A stretch of 64,000 bases of DNA from Coniocarpon cinnabarinum (lineage: Eukaryota). The translations under genes and the position numbers were made by a program. Numbering within the stretch: position 1 is the first letter of the stretch; the number at the start of each line of letters is the position of its first letter. Below the pieces are notes generated by a model. That model was not told where the DNA came from. It saw only the letters and a list, made by a program, of their open reading frames with translations, and did no database searches. This document shows, in pieces, positions 24,083-37,400 of the stretch. The stretch covers positions 124,001 to 188,000 of the forward strand of contig JAVECO010000015.1 in NCBI GenBank assembly GCA_051942205.1. The letters run 5' to 3'.

Positions 24083-27000
24083 TTATTCCGATGCTGGGCT
24101 GCTCGTCCACCGCCGCTGGGCGCTAAGCAGGAGGTTGCGTATTGGCACCGACTTCTCGCCGGCGAGTAAGCGCTCGAGGAGGGACGGCAGCGAGGTGATG
24201 GGCGGGACCTGGCCACCAGAGGCTTGGCGCAAGGCCTGCACTAGGGCGAGCAGAGCTTCTGCACGCAACGCGCGAGATTTTTCCTGCAGAGGCTCTGGCG
24301 CGGACTGGAGGAGGCCGAGGAGTTGATCGAGCAGAGGCGCCGGAGGAGGGTGGGCGCCGGCGCGCGCTGTCACCCAAGCAGACCAATGCTCCGAGACAGC
24401 AGGGTGGCGAGCGAGGGCATTGCAGAGACGCGCGAGCGAGGTGAAGAGGACCTGGACGACGGATTGCTGGCCGGCGGGGACGGCAGTTGACGGGAGTGAG
24501 GCTGGCAGGGCGAGCGCGCGTCGGGCGCAGTCTAGACTCACATCCGCGCGAGCTAGAGCATCTGGGCACAGTCAGTCTGGAGGCGGCGCTGATTGGGTGG
24601 AGGGCGAGTTGGCGTGCTGGAGCCACGGCGGCCTCGCGGTCACGACGAACGTACCTTGTGCTCCACCAGCCTTCTCCAAGTGCAGCGCGGCGAAGCTGGC
24701 CTCGACGGCGTGGGCCACCAATGATGCCCCGGTGCCACCTCCCCCAGACCCGTCGCTCTTCTCGTCCACCTCCATTGCGTCGCTGCGCTCTCGCATGACC
24801 GTGGTGGCAACTTCCATGACATCATCCAGCATGTCCTCCTGCTCCAGTGCTGCAGCTACTTGGCCTAGACAACGGAGTGCCGCAGACTGGTATCCCTGGT
24901 TGCGCCGTCGGGCCTCCCGAAGCGCTATCTAGAGTTATCCATTACCGTTAGCCTGTGCTGCTTCAAAGGGTCTCGAGGTCGCTTCGGACGTGCAGTGTGC
25001 TGTGTGCACCTGCGTGTGGGGTCGCCGCGCAGCCAGCTTACCTTTTTCACTTCACCTGCGTGGCTGGTTCGCCACGCGTGGTCGCCCTTCTCTGCCAGTA
25101 CTACTAGTCCATCGAGGATTCCGGCCTTGCCTTCCCACGTCTTGTGACCCAGGGCCTCGGAAAACGGTGGCCATATCAGTTCCGCCTCCCTCGCCGGGAT
25201 GGATTGTTGCAACGTTGCTAGTCCCTGTATCACGGCGGACAATACCTGTGCCGAGGCATGCTTCAAAACCCATCTCGGCGAATTAAGATTCTCACGGACG
25301 AGCTTGAGTATTTCATCCACATATAGGCTTACCAAGCGGGGTCCTGCAGCTAATTCTTCGAAAGTCTCCTTGAATATTTGCCTCACTGGTTCTGTGCTGT
25401 CAAAGCGACCGAAATAGATGAGCGGGATTAAGTCGGCTGCGAGGGCATGGAATCGGTCTGTAGCGGATTTGGCGATTGCATGAAGTATCTCTGCTGCCAC
25501 AAACCGAGGTCTGTCGTCGTCGGCTTCGCCAAAATACAATTTGTGGGTGAAGGCGGCGGTCTTCAGTATTTGTGCGTCACTTGAAACGCGAGCAACGTAA
25601 CCAAAACTTGCTGCGTACGAGCTGGACACTGTCTCGTTGCGATCCAGTACCCGCCTCTCTAGGGCCATCAGTATCTCATCTGCGTACCGACGGAATATTA
25701 TGTTCCTTCGGGTGCTGAGAGACACCAACACCCGGCTGCAGCCCACCTTTGATGGCACGCCAACGGCAACTCTCATTGTTTCAATCAATTTGGGCAATGT
25801 CGCGCCCATCGCTGTTTCGTCAAGCATGTCAAGTGCACGCTCCACTGCCTCCATGATCGGCGAAACTCTGATTGCTTTGAGACGAGCATCATCGATGTCA
25901 GATTGTGTCATGTTGTAGTTCTCTGCATTAAGTGCCACATAATTTACTGCTTGAGGTTCGAATGAAGTTAGGAGGAGTAAGAGTTGGCTAATTAAGTCTG
26001 GTATGAATGGTCGTAACACTTCGGGCTTTGACTTCTTGATGACCTCGACCAATGTATGAAGCGCGAACATTTTGACGTCGTCTGCACTGGAGTCTATACC
26101 TGATGAGGAGAGCAGAAACGGAATCACTCTTCCAAGAAGATCGATGATCACGTGTGATTTGATATCACTACTCTCTAAATTACCCACTAGAATGTTGGTC
26201 AGCACGCGTGCTAAGGCCGATGCCTCTTTGCGGACGCTCTCTTTAATATCGTCCAGCACTTTGAAGCATTTCGACCACGCTTCATCTAAATAATCCTGTA
26301 TCTGACGAGATCGTTAGATCAGAAGTGAAGTATCGTGAGCAGAGGATGATGAGGTTGATACTTACTGTTGAGAGCTTTCGCCCCTGCAACAAGTCGGCCA
26401 GCGCGGCGGCAGAAGCTTGACGTGTCCGCCATTCTCTACCATTTATGTTTTTAAGAAGATCTGTGATGATCAAGGTGAAATGCTCATTCACTGTAGATAC
26501 TGAATCTTTGACCAGAGCATTCCATATCTCGTTCATCGATTGCCGAACGTTAGAATTTGGATCAAAGCGATACCGATAGAGCGCTGGATACATCTTGGGG
26601 TTGTTTGCCAGATATCCATCGATGCTTGAGTCAGAGAGGACGTTACTAAGACCAAATCTGCCAAAAGCTGCACGATTAGACCAGATAGCATTGTTTGACG
26701 CGAGTGACATGAATCTAGAGATGTAAGCTGATTCGGATATTGCGCCTTAGGAATTTTCTAGACACTTACCGATACACAAGGCTCGGGTCACCAACTTCGC
26801 TGGCCAGAGACATGACGTCTTTGTAAGTGCTTACTGAACCTTCACCGGTAGGTAAAGTGCCAGGCTCGAAAAGCTGAGTGTCATCGTTGACTGTACCGGA
26901 CATTTCGGCTTTGTTGCTGGAGAAGGTACTAACCAAATCTCGGACCAGATCGTCTTTGAGTTCTCTGCTGCCTTTCTCGTACACCAGGCCAAGGCCACGT

Positions 27001-29924
27001 GATGCGCTTTCTTGCACCAGCTCGTCTCTGTCAGCGAGACAGCGCTTGAAAGCAGTCTGGAAGTCCTTCAAGCGAGTCTGAACTTCGACCTGATTGCCGC
27101 AAAATTGTATGAAACACAGAAGCCAAATCACAGAAGCCTTCTTGAGGGTCGGCTTCGTGGTCCTGCAGTCTTTGAGAACCCTCTCAAGGAGTTGCTCGAG
27201 CGTTCTTCTACGCGAGCGACGTTTGGGCTTCGAGGCAGTCATGGGCAGATATGCTTCCATAGCAGCAGAATCCCAACCACAAGCACTAACGGTCAGTGCT
27301 TCACCGACCGCAAGTTGCGTCTCAGGTTGACGGATCTCGTGGAGTTCATGTAACGCGTTCTGTGCTTGAACTAGTAGATCTTGTTGAGAGACCTCGTCTA
27401 AAATTATTGTCAAATGTCCTATCGCGTGAACAGCAAATCCATTGCCATCTTTTGCGAATTTGGTCAACTTTGGCATCAAGTTTTCAAACCGCTCGAATCG
27501 CTCTATTTCGCTACAATCAACAGCGGAAAACATGCAAAGCTGGCTCAACCCCTGTAAAGCTGCCTCCACCAGCTGAGCATTGGCAGACTTGGCAAGTATG
27601 GTGAAAATTATCTGCAACAATTCAATAGAGAAGTCTTTCGCTAAGCCGCTCTGCTGGTCGTAATAATGCCGTCTTCCAATTAGGTGAGCGAGCGCGATGA
27701 TGGAACCATGAACGCGATTTAGACTAGCACCAGTCGCTGATTGATGATTGCGAGCGACTTCAAACAATTGTTCTGTAGGCTGGGACAAGGCCTCATCGGA
27801 GTTTGCTGAATGTGATGCCAGAAGCCCAAATGCTTGAGCCGCTTCAGTACGAGCGTCAGTATCATTAGCGAGGATACCGGATCGCAGGGCCGCGAACGAG
27901 CTTGCTATGCGTTTGAGCAGATCAGCAGGGGCGACAAAGGCGATTTCCGAAATGATTCTTGCGCAGTCCCTAAGATACTGCACTTCGCTGACCGCGACGT
28001 GACAGCACAAGGAGAATGGTCTCATCACTAAATCCCATTCGCGATTTTCGGCGTATATCTGGAGACCCTTGTAGATTGACGTGCGGATACCGTAATCTTG
28101 TCTCACAGCGACGTCTAGTTTGCTTTGCCAGTCTATTGTGAATTCGAATTTTCGGCCCGCTTGAGCGAGGGACCAGCACAACAGACATTGCCGCAAAAAC
28201 CTGACAACAATGATGGATAACTTCATATTCGAAAGTGAATCTGCCCTTTGCTCGAATACGAAAGAAGCCATGGTAGGGAAATCCGGCAGCACTGTTCTCG
28301 ACGGCACGTCCTGGCCAAGCTTCAGCCAGTACGGATCCAAGCCTTTCTGTGCCTCTTCTAGAATTTCAAAAGATTGATGTCGAATTGATGCCAGAATGGC
28401 AAGGTTCACCCAACGTGCGTAAACGTCGTCCGCGGGCAAGCACCGATTAGCAAAGCGAAGAACGCAATGCATTACAGCACCAGAGTTCAAATACTCCGCC
28501 GGTGTATCTGAAAGCTCAAATAGCAGATCACGAAGACTGTCTGTGACGTTTGCTTGTTCTGTTTTCTGCAATGGACTAAGACATGAGGACAGAGCCTCTG
28601 AGATGCTGAAAGCCACTTGCTTGTCTCGCTCTTCGGCGAGGCAGTTGAACAGCCATTTGAGTATCTTTAGTTCAGGCTCGAGCAAAGCTTGAGCACTTGC
28701 GCTGGCAAGCAGCCCCATCAACACAAAGCACCGACCTCTAAGATCTGCTTGCTCTGAAGAGCTTCTGTCAGCATATTGCTGATCAAGAAACTCTTTGAGT
28801 GAGTTCAAGACGTCTTCAGATATTGCTGCTAGTTCGCGTTGAGACGCCTCACGGGCAATCATTATCAAAAACTGAACAATTGCAGAGCGGAGCTTGAGAG
28901 CTTCGCGACCGTACGAGGACGCATTGCTCAAAAGATCCTGCGTGGCGATGTATTTAATTTCTGTAGTGAACGATGTGCAAGAGCTTGCTTTGGAGAGGAT
29001 CCCGAGAATCCTGATACGTAAAGCTGCAGGGCTGGAAGCTGTGGCGTGAATGGCGCTCCCGAAGTAGAGATCCAGCAGGCTCCTTATCATAAGTGATTCA
29101 TTGATATCGATCTCTGGTAGGACACGCTTCAAAGTCTCCTCTGCTAGACTCGAAATTCGTGAATTTTGATCAGCCGATGCCAAAAGGGTTGGGATTAAGC
29201 GCTCAGAATCCTCAAAAGTTCGACTGCTGAGTAGCTTTGTACACGCATATTTCGCATTCGCCAATGATGCCGCATTCCATGCGCCATCTTTTCCTGCGAC
29301 CGTGAGGAATTCTTGTTCATCCCTGGTCAAGCTTACCGAATTTGCGTCGGACGAAGCTGTGCGGAATTGGAAGAGCTTACCAGTCCAGTGGGAAAGGTAG
29401 GAAGCATCATCTTTGCTCAAGCCTAGATGGCCGCGCAAATTTCTATCTTCAGTGGAATCTTTTGGTGGAAAGTCGAAATCGGAAAGAGTCTGTAGAAAGA
29501 GGTAGAAAATGACAGAGGCTTCGGAGGTGGGCACACTAGAGAGCTTCGAAATACCTGCAGTGAATACGGGTAAGAGCTTGACGCGCTCTGGATGTGAAAG
29601 GCGAGAGAAGCCTTGTTGGAGGAAAACGAGATCGAAATGACGAATGAGGCGAGAGTCTTGGTGATCTTGAAATTGCCGAACCAGGGCGGCACATGGCAGC
29701 TGAATATTCTGGGGTTTCGTTCGGGCCTTGACGTGTTGACAAATTGAAACAACTCTGTTCCTCACGTTGACATAATCGGAGCCTAGCTTGAGGAGCAGGG
29801 GAGCAAGATAAGTGGCGAGAAGGCTCTGTAGCTTGATATCGTCGTCTGCGAGAGCTATGCGAAACTCTACTTTCTCGATTAGCGCCAACTCACGCTCTTC
29901 CGATGAAGAGGCAGACGCAGCCAT
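24083..29924 (-). CDS. ECM29: Proteasome adaptor Ecm29 (HEAT repeats, 5 exons)
   Basis: RELALIEKVEFRIALA...LAPLLLKL, DELVQESASRGL, STYKDVMSLASEVGDPSLVY|RFMSLA, LYRYRFDPN, EWRTRQAS, KTWEGK. Confidence 0.93.
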
Positions 29925-30581
29925 GGACACGGAAGCAAGTCAGATTATACAAGTAAATAGAAGATGCTCAGGCCTTGCGAATTACGTTGGTGCCGCCCTA
30001 GGCAACACCATCATAATCAGAGTTTAAGCAACGTGAGTCTGGCCAGTGTGTGAATAGAGCGACTGGATGTGTACGTCGAAAACAAAGACAACACAATACA
30101 AACGATGCAGGCAACGACGGCCTCGTCATCCGGGCACTGAAGTAGACATGGGACGCGAGTCAGGATCATGATGTGCCAAGATGCAGACACGCTAGTACTT
30201 TCACACTCCTAGTCGTGCTAGCGTACCAAACAGCAAACGACAGCACGATGAAATGTTATGGATGTGGCTGACGGTAGCGAGGCCTGCCATTGCGCATGCG
30301 GGCGGGTGTATGTTTGGTGTTTCGCGCGTATTGATAGCAAGATGAGAACCTGAAGAAGATGCTCGATTGTAACGAAGCTGAATGGACAGCGGGCAATTGG
30401 TCCAGCAATGCATCTCACGCTAACCAGGTCTATCGCTTGGTACATGCCTTTTCTGATTGATGTCATTCGGTGCCACGACCATCCCATCCATTGAAAAGTC
30501 CTTTGAGGCGTGTGGCGACTTTCCTCGCCCTGGTCATTCGTGCTGTCACCTACGCAAGCTCGACGCGCCTCTTTGCACGCC

Positions 30582-31573
30582 ATGTCTGCGACGAAGCTCA
30601 ACATCAACAGCACCCTCCCCCTTCCCAACACCACTTTGACCACGCCACGCCTGGGATTTGGTATAACATACCGTGCCCTCCACATTGTCTCTGTACGGCT
30701 AAATATTCCTGCCAGGCGTCTTCCAGTCTCATGGCCCAACCTGTTTTCGGTCGTGCCTGGCTGCTATCAAAGCGGGCTACCGAAAGATTGACTCAGCTCA
30801 ATACTATCAGAATGAGCAGCTTGTCGCTGATGCCGTGGCGCAGTCGGGCATGCCGAGAGAGCAGCTTTTCTTGACCACCAAACAACTGTCTCCAGCTGGA
30901 AGCGTGGACGCCACCTACGCCCGAGTGGCCGATTCAGTCAGAAAATTGGGCGGCAGCAGCGGCTATATCGACTTGATGCTCATTCACACTGCAAGCGGCG
31001 GGCCAGCCGCTCGGAAGACGCTCTGGCAAGCGTTCGAGAGAGCTCACCAAGAGGGCAAGTGCAAGGCTATTGGAGTAAGCAACTTTGGCATCGGCGCCAT
31101 AGAGGAGCTCAAGTCCTTTGCCAAAGTTTGGCCTCCGCACGTAAATCAAGTCGAGGTCAGTGAAAGCCACGCCATTGCCAGATTCTCTTCCGTGTAGTCC
31201 ACTCGACAGTCAAGGTGTTCGTGCTAATCTTGTCGCTTAGCTACATCCATGGCATCAACAACGCGAGGTCGTAGATTATTGTCAGAAGAACGGGATTGCG
31301 GTAGAGGCTTACTGTCCACTGGTGCGCGGCATGAAGAACAAGGACCCAACCCTGGTATCGATTGCGAATAAACACGGCAAAGATCCTGGTCAAGTCCTGG
31401 TTCGTTACTGCTTGCAGAAGGACTGGTCTCCCCTGCCTAAGAGTGACACGCCAAGTCGTATCGTGAGCAACGCTGAAGTTTTTGGATGGGAACTAGATGC
31501 GGACGATATGAAGAAGCTTGATGATTGCGACCAAGGGTCCAAGGGGGCTATCGTTGAAACCGTCCGGAACTGA
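30582..31573 (+). CDS. Aldo/keto reductase (3 exons)
   Basis: PRLGFGVFQ, GYRKIDSAQYYQNE, FLTTK, YIDLMLIH, AIGVSNF, NQVELHPW, PLPKS. Confidence 0.93.
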
Positions 31574-31673
31574 GCTCAGTGGACTGATGTGGTGTGGGAA
31601 AATGTATTCTGGGAGTGTCCGGTCCCGGGGTGATACTCGATCTAAATGAAGAGCGCTAGCTTTTTACTATCGT

Positions 31674-32600
31674 TCAACTGACCTCTGCTGCCATCTCTTG
31701 CTTCACGGTCTCCAACACTCGAAGTGGAAAGCCGCTGGGCAGATCTTCTGGGAACAACCGCGCCTCTTGCCACGTCTCTCCTTTCTTGCCAGGTAGGCTT
31801 GTAGCAGAGCTGGTCGCTGTGTAGCAATAAAGGCTTATGCCATGCTCTGCAGCGTCGTTATTGCCCTTGAGCTCTTGAGCGCGGTCATCCATCCAGCTGC
31901 GCAAGCTGTAATCGTGGCACCAAGCGAGATTGGGGTCCGATTCTGAGCCGTTGTGACCAGACATGTCGACACCAAGTAGCAGCACCACGGTCTTAGAGTT
32001 TTTGTCGAGAATTCGTATCAGAATGGCTTTGTCGGGCTCCAAGAATTGGCCATCCGACATCTTGATCGGGTGCTCCTTCAGAAGGGCGGTGTCTTTGGCC
32101 GCATGCAGTCCCATGTCTGGATTAATCCAGAGCAGGATGAGGTCGTGCAGGGCCTTAGTCTCGGCATTTGCGCGCTGGAGGATGTTGTAAAGGTTTTCTG
32201 AATCCATGAATCTGCCAGCACCTTGCAGGCCTCGAGAGCCCTGCGCTAGGCCACGCTCTTCCAGCTCCTGAATCTGGCTCTTCCATAGCTTAGGCCCGAC
32301 GGCCCAGTCCGCCCAGTAGTAACCTAGGCATAGAAGCGGGAATGTGAAGAAGCCGCCAAGAAAAATCATCCATTTCTGCCCATCTGAGAGCTCAGTTGGA
32401 GGACGGAAATACGCATTTGTAGTGTTGCGGAGGCCAGGAGGCGGATTCGGAAAATGAACAACTGGAGAGTCACGTTGGAAATAAGTATGGTGTGCAGTGC
32501 TATTGCACCGGATGCCACAAGAGTTGGCGCCTGGCTTCGATGATGGAGCTAAGGACCTAGACAATGCTCGAAGTATCCTTTGCTCGACACCCAACGCCAT
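31674..32600 (-). CDS. Hypothetical protein, possible mitochondrial presequence and one TM helix
   Basis: 308-aa ATG ORF; Arg/Ser-rich N-terminus ending RCNS; hydrophobic WMIFLGGFFTFPLLCLGYYW. Confidence 0.6.
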   Translation of the reverse strand: MALGVEQRILRALSRSLAPSSKPGANSCGIRCNSTAHHTYFQRDSPVVHFPNPPPGLRNTTNAYFRPPTELSDGQKWMIFLGGFFTFPLLCLGYYWADWAVGPKLWKSQIQELEERGLAQGSRGLQGAGRFMDSENLYNILQRANAETKALHDLILLWINPDMGLHAAKDTALLKEHPIKMSDGQFLEPDKAILIRILDKNSKTVVLLLGVDMSGHNGSESDPNLAWCHDYSLRSWMDDRAQELKGNNDAAEHGISLYCYTATSSATSLPGKKGETWQEARLFPEDLPSGFPLRVLETVKQEMAAEVS

Positions 32601-33047
32601 GTGCGATTACCTCGCAACAAACCCAAGAGTCAAATTTTAGAGATATACTATTTAGGCTTTATCTTGATTTGACATTCATATGTCTTAATTCTCAGGCACA
32701 CACTTTTTGTCAAGGTTTCAACGCCAAAGAAAAAGAATTGGGCGTGACATTTTGTCCGCAATCTTGCCTCGCTGTCTCTGGACGTTGTTCGCATGTCCAT
32801 CAGGTACATAGAAGCTACGTTAATTTGCCGAAGGATGACGTGAGCGAGCTTTGGCATCCTACCAGGAAATGCAAACATGGTGTTAGGTATTAGTGCTGAT
32901 TCAATAACCGCAGCACCGACATCCAAACCATTGCAGTGCATGCATTCAAGTATGTATGTACATCGTCTACCATGTGCTTGTCGTACCTCATGCTGCAAGA
33001 GAAGCTGCAGCATTTGTCTCATTCAGGGTACCGCTTCCTGCCTAATA

Positions 33048-34092
33048 TCACAACGCCATCATCTTCTTGGTTTCCTGGATCGCTCGGCCAGGGTTTAGTC
33101 CTTTAGGACACGTCCTGCTGCAATTGAGAATGGTGTGGCAGCGGTAAAGACTCATACTGTTATTGAGCGCTTCTTTTCGCTCGTGAGTGCGTTGATCTCT
33201 GCTGTCGGCGAGCCAGCGATAAGATTGAAGTAGGACCGCTGGGCCGAGGTATTCCTCACTGTTCCACCAATAAGATGGGCACGAAGTGCTGCAACACGCG
33301 CAAAGAATACACTCGTAGAGACCGTCCAGCTTCGCGCGTTCTTCTTGAGACTGCAAGTTCTCCTTGCCCTGTGTAGACATGAGCGCAATTCAATATAATA
33401 CAGGCTCAGGGCTCACTTACGTTCTCTGGAGGTGAATCCCGCTGTAAGTAGGGCTTGATGGACTTGTATTGCTTGTAAAATTGTGTGAGATCGGGCACGA
33501 GGTCTTTAACGACATAGGTGTGGGGTAGCGGATAGATTCGTGACTCTTGTGCAGTATCGGTGGGGATGCGACCTGGTCTTGTCAGCACTGCGGGCAGCGC
33601 ATACCAAGGAGCAATCGACGACATACAAAGGCATGCAAGCGTGTTGACTCCGTCAATATTCATGGCGCACGAGCCGCAAATGCCTTCCCGGCAGCTTCGC
33701 CGAAAGGTGAGGGTGGGGTCCATGTCGTTTTTGATCCGAATCAAAGCGTCGAGCATCATGGGGCCGGTCTTGCTCAAATCGACTTTGTACTCCTGCATTC
33801 GAGGCTTTTCTGTCGGCTCATCTGGATTCCATCGATAAATTTTGAAGGTCTTCATCCTCGACTTTTCATCGGACGGTTCCGACACTGTAGCTGACTGATT
33901 GGCAGGGGTTGGCTTGAAGCCACGACTTGGTGAAGGGACCGAACTTGGGTCGACATTGCGCACTGATGCCATCGAACGCCTGGCAACGGGAGAGACTGCA
34001 TACTGTGAGTACGGTGTGTTTGTGGCAAAGGAGAGGGTCTACACACTGTTGAGGGGCTTCACAAACCGCGTGACAGGGCGAAGAGAAGCCAT
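33048..34092 (-). CDS. SDH2: Succinate dehydrogenase iron-sulfur subunit (4 exons)
   Basis: [61 protein letters not shown]. Confidence 0.97.
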
Positions 34093-35158
34093 CACCAGAT
34101 TTGTCGCTATGGGTGCAATCCTGCAAATTGAAGATGGAGGGCTTGATAGAGCAAGTAGAGAAGAGAAAAGGAAATGTAAGAAGCAAACGAGGATAAGATG
34201 GACGAAGTAGATTGACGCAGACACCGATCTCGAACAAGGCCGAGGTTCGCGCGACGCCGCCCAGCTGACCAACCACAGAGGACATGATTACAGCACGGTG
34301 CCACAAAGACTCGGACGAGGCCCTCTCCAAAGCCCTGCAGCTGAGCACCAATTCTGTTTCACCTCAACTGCATTCACTACGTTCCTTTCACTTTCCTTTT
34401 CAAACGATGTCGGAGTCCATGGCGCTGCATGAGTTTTGTCATAGGTATCATCCGGGGGACCATTCGCTGTGCCGGTAAGCTTTTTCTCTGTGTAGCCAGA
34501 GCATCGGAGAGACTCGATGTTCTAGGAGCAGATTCTCAGTGTACACAAAAATGCCGCCTAGATACGGGCCATGACTACTCATTACCCGGGTGTCCCTGGC
34601 CTTTTCACCTCTCAGAAGACACTAGTTGATCTGCAAAGGTGACCTCCCGTCATCTAATAGCCCCTCCCCCCAATTCTTGGTATGGAGGAGGGGATACAAC
34701 ATGGGAGAAGAAAAAATTTGCTGCGGAGCCACATATTGAGTGCATGCCGGCTCTTTGATAGCCGGCTCGTCATAGTGTGTCAATTTCAAGATCTCGCAGC
34801 CACAGGCACGACCGTCGCCACGCGGGAGAAACCCTAAGATTACAATTACCACCTCGAACAATTCTCGTGGCAACTCTGACCACCTCTTGGCAATTGCCTT
34901 CCCTTTCTCTTTCCTCGTCACTCTTCTTCCTTTGGCCTGCCAAGGTGTCCTGTAGCTTCCGGGGCGTGCACCTACGGGACACCTGTCCTTGTTCTCCCTT
35001 ACAGCTTCGCCTGCCTGCCTGTCACCGACTTTGTCTGCCCGGCAACCACGCTTAGGCGGTGGCCGCCATTCGTCGCTCCTTTTGTTGTTGTCGTTCGCTT
35101 CACACTTGCTGTTTTGCCTGTCCCTGTTGCCCACGCTTGCCTGCAGTGCGAGTTGAAA

Positions 35159-36933
35159 ATGGCAGCTCAATCGAAACGGGCAGCTTCGACTGAACCCATG
35201 GCGCAGACGAAATGCTTCATCTGTAAACCCGAGCCCATCGAGTTCTGCGATGAATCACATCTTAAAACCCACGCGTTGAGCAAAGATCATCTCAGAGCCG
35301 AACACAGCCTCAAATGTCGTGTAAACACGGACCCGGTCGCTCAATTCAAATATCAACAGTACCTACGATGGCGCGATATCCATCGTATCGAGGAGGAGGC
35401 CTTGAAGCGTGCGGAACGCGCAAGGCTACGAAAGGAATTGGAAGCGAAAAAGGCTCATGGGGAATCGTTGGGAGACAAAGAAGGGGGAGGCCCCCGTCGA
35501 AAATCCCGTGTGTGAGATTAAGACTCTCATTCGGGTGTCCAAACTCACGAAATTTAGGTTGCCCGAACAACAGGAACACAATAGCGGCAGCTCAAGGCAA
35601 TGCCACTTCGCAACGCTCGACCAACCCTGCTCTTGAAACCGAACAAGCATCAAACGAGAATCCAAACGCCATGCGAGCATTCGTGGAGGAATCAACATAC
35701 CCAACGTCTCAAACTTGGGACCGAGACCGGGTAGCTGTACGCAATGCAACCTATGTCGAGGAATCTAGTCCGCTGCGGATTCCTGAAACGTCCGAAAAAT
35801 CTTCCGCTCGAGACCCTGGGAGCGTCAAAGCCGGCGCCGAAAGCGCCCTTGCTGGCGCATCTCAATGGGCAAAAGGCCCTCAGTATCCAGGTATGTACGC
35901 TTTTGACGCGGCTCTTCCTGAGATGAAGCGGAAGCGGAATCAAAAGAAGGATGTCTCGGTCTTCATCACTCTCAAGAGGAATTCTGAAAATATTCAAGCA
36001 GTAGAAGAGGTCTGGTACGATAATTTGGATACCGTTAAGAGGACACAGCCTATCACGGGGCGTGTTGAGTCGAGCAGTCCATGCATGGAAGATGATGCCA
36101 TCCAGCCATCACGCACTCGCCGTCGCGTTTCCAGAGCAGCCACCCTCCGCGACAAAGACGCGAATCAACCAGTTACTAATCTGCGTACATACGCATCGTC
36201 CCCATACTTTGAGTCTTCTGGTCTTCCAATCCCTTTGCAGGTTGACCACCAGAGCACCACAGGCAAGGGAGGCCTATACCACAATCAAAGCCAGCAGGCT
36301 CGGCAAATTGAAGGTCAGACCACAATGCACAGTGGGAGCTCTCACGGCGTTCACAGCCAGCAGTGTGCAGGCGGCATGCAAATGTTGACGTCTGAGTTCC
36401 ATCCCCCTCAGCAAACACCAAATTTGGACAATGCTTTTGGATATCCTGGATACGCACCTGCCACCACACCTATCATCAATGGTGCCGACTTCTCTTCTAC
36501 ACATAGGCCTACGGCGTTCCGAACGGGCTTTCAGCCTGACCCTCATTCCACGAGCCTTTCGGAATACTGGACTAAGGATGGCTACAACCTTGCAGGGTTT
36601 CTCCAAGATCACGCTTCAAGCTTTGGGTACCGTATGGGTCACACTGGATTTGGTTCACCTCTTCGTGCCCTCGCGGCTGCCAAGATGCAGAGCTCTCCCA
36701 ACGAGGGGGTTGGCTCATCCGCACCGTCTGCAGGCTCACATGACTTAAGTCACGCCTCTGTCCCACCGTCTAGCTCGCATGACACGACCTTCGCCACACC
36801 TGGAAGTGACGCATATACTCTACAGTCGGAGGGAGTTACCACGCAGCAATGCTATGCTGGGAACAACGTCTACCCCCACTGTATCAACCCTGCGCTCATT
36901 CACGATACAAGCCACACAATCGATCCGTCATAG
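35159..36933 (+). CDS. Hypothetical protein with N-terminal C2H2-like zinc finger (1 intron, ~35508-35557)
   Basis: CFIC...F.DESHLKTHALSKDH finger; internal PGMYAFDAALPEMKRKRNQKKD motif resembling a conserved fungal hypothetical family; two candidate intron definitions both restore frame. Confidence 0.7.
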
Positions 36934-37400
36934 ACCTTGCACTGCAGCCAACGCAAGCTAACTCATCTTTGTACCCTTTGTTCGGAGCGACCAAAGGTAG
37001 CGATAGTTCAAGATTTGTCGCAGCTTAGGCGAGAGCCATCGGCCTCAGTGCGAGTACACCAATTCTGTTGCTGACATGCAGTGCAAGCTCAGTATAATCA
37101 TTCTACCTGGCAGAACTATTTCATTTGCAGAGATACTTGGCTTAACCCGAGAGTATTGAGTGGATTACACAGCCAATGTTCTGTGATTGAGCTATTGGCC
37201 CATCACCGATCTGGGGCTCAGGATTGATTGATCATTTTGACTAGCGTAATCCACTCCACACGACTTGACAAATGTGCATTGGTTCTCTCTCGTCATCTTT
37301 GAGGAGTATCAGATAGATTTCACTCCTCGAAAGTAGCAAGAGGATACTAGTTCCATAGCAGAATCACTCCATTGTATGTTTCCTTGAAAATTCCCTTGCC

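Noticed and set aside
33573..33626. 18-aa insertion in SDH2 in the ORF track
   Set aside because: It is a 54-nt stop-free GT-AG intron (GTATGT...CTGAC...CAG); ordinary splicing restores LACLCRIP.
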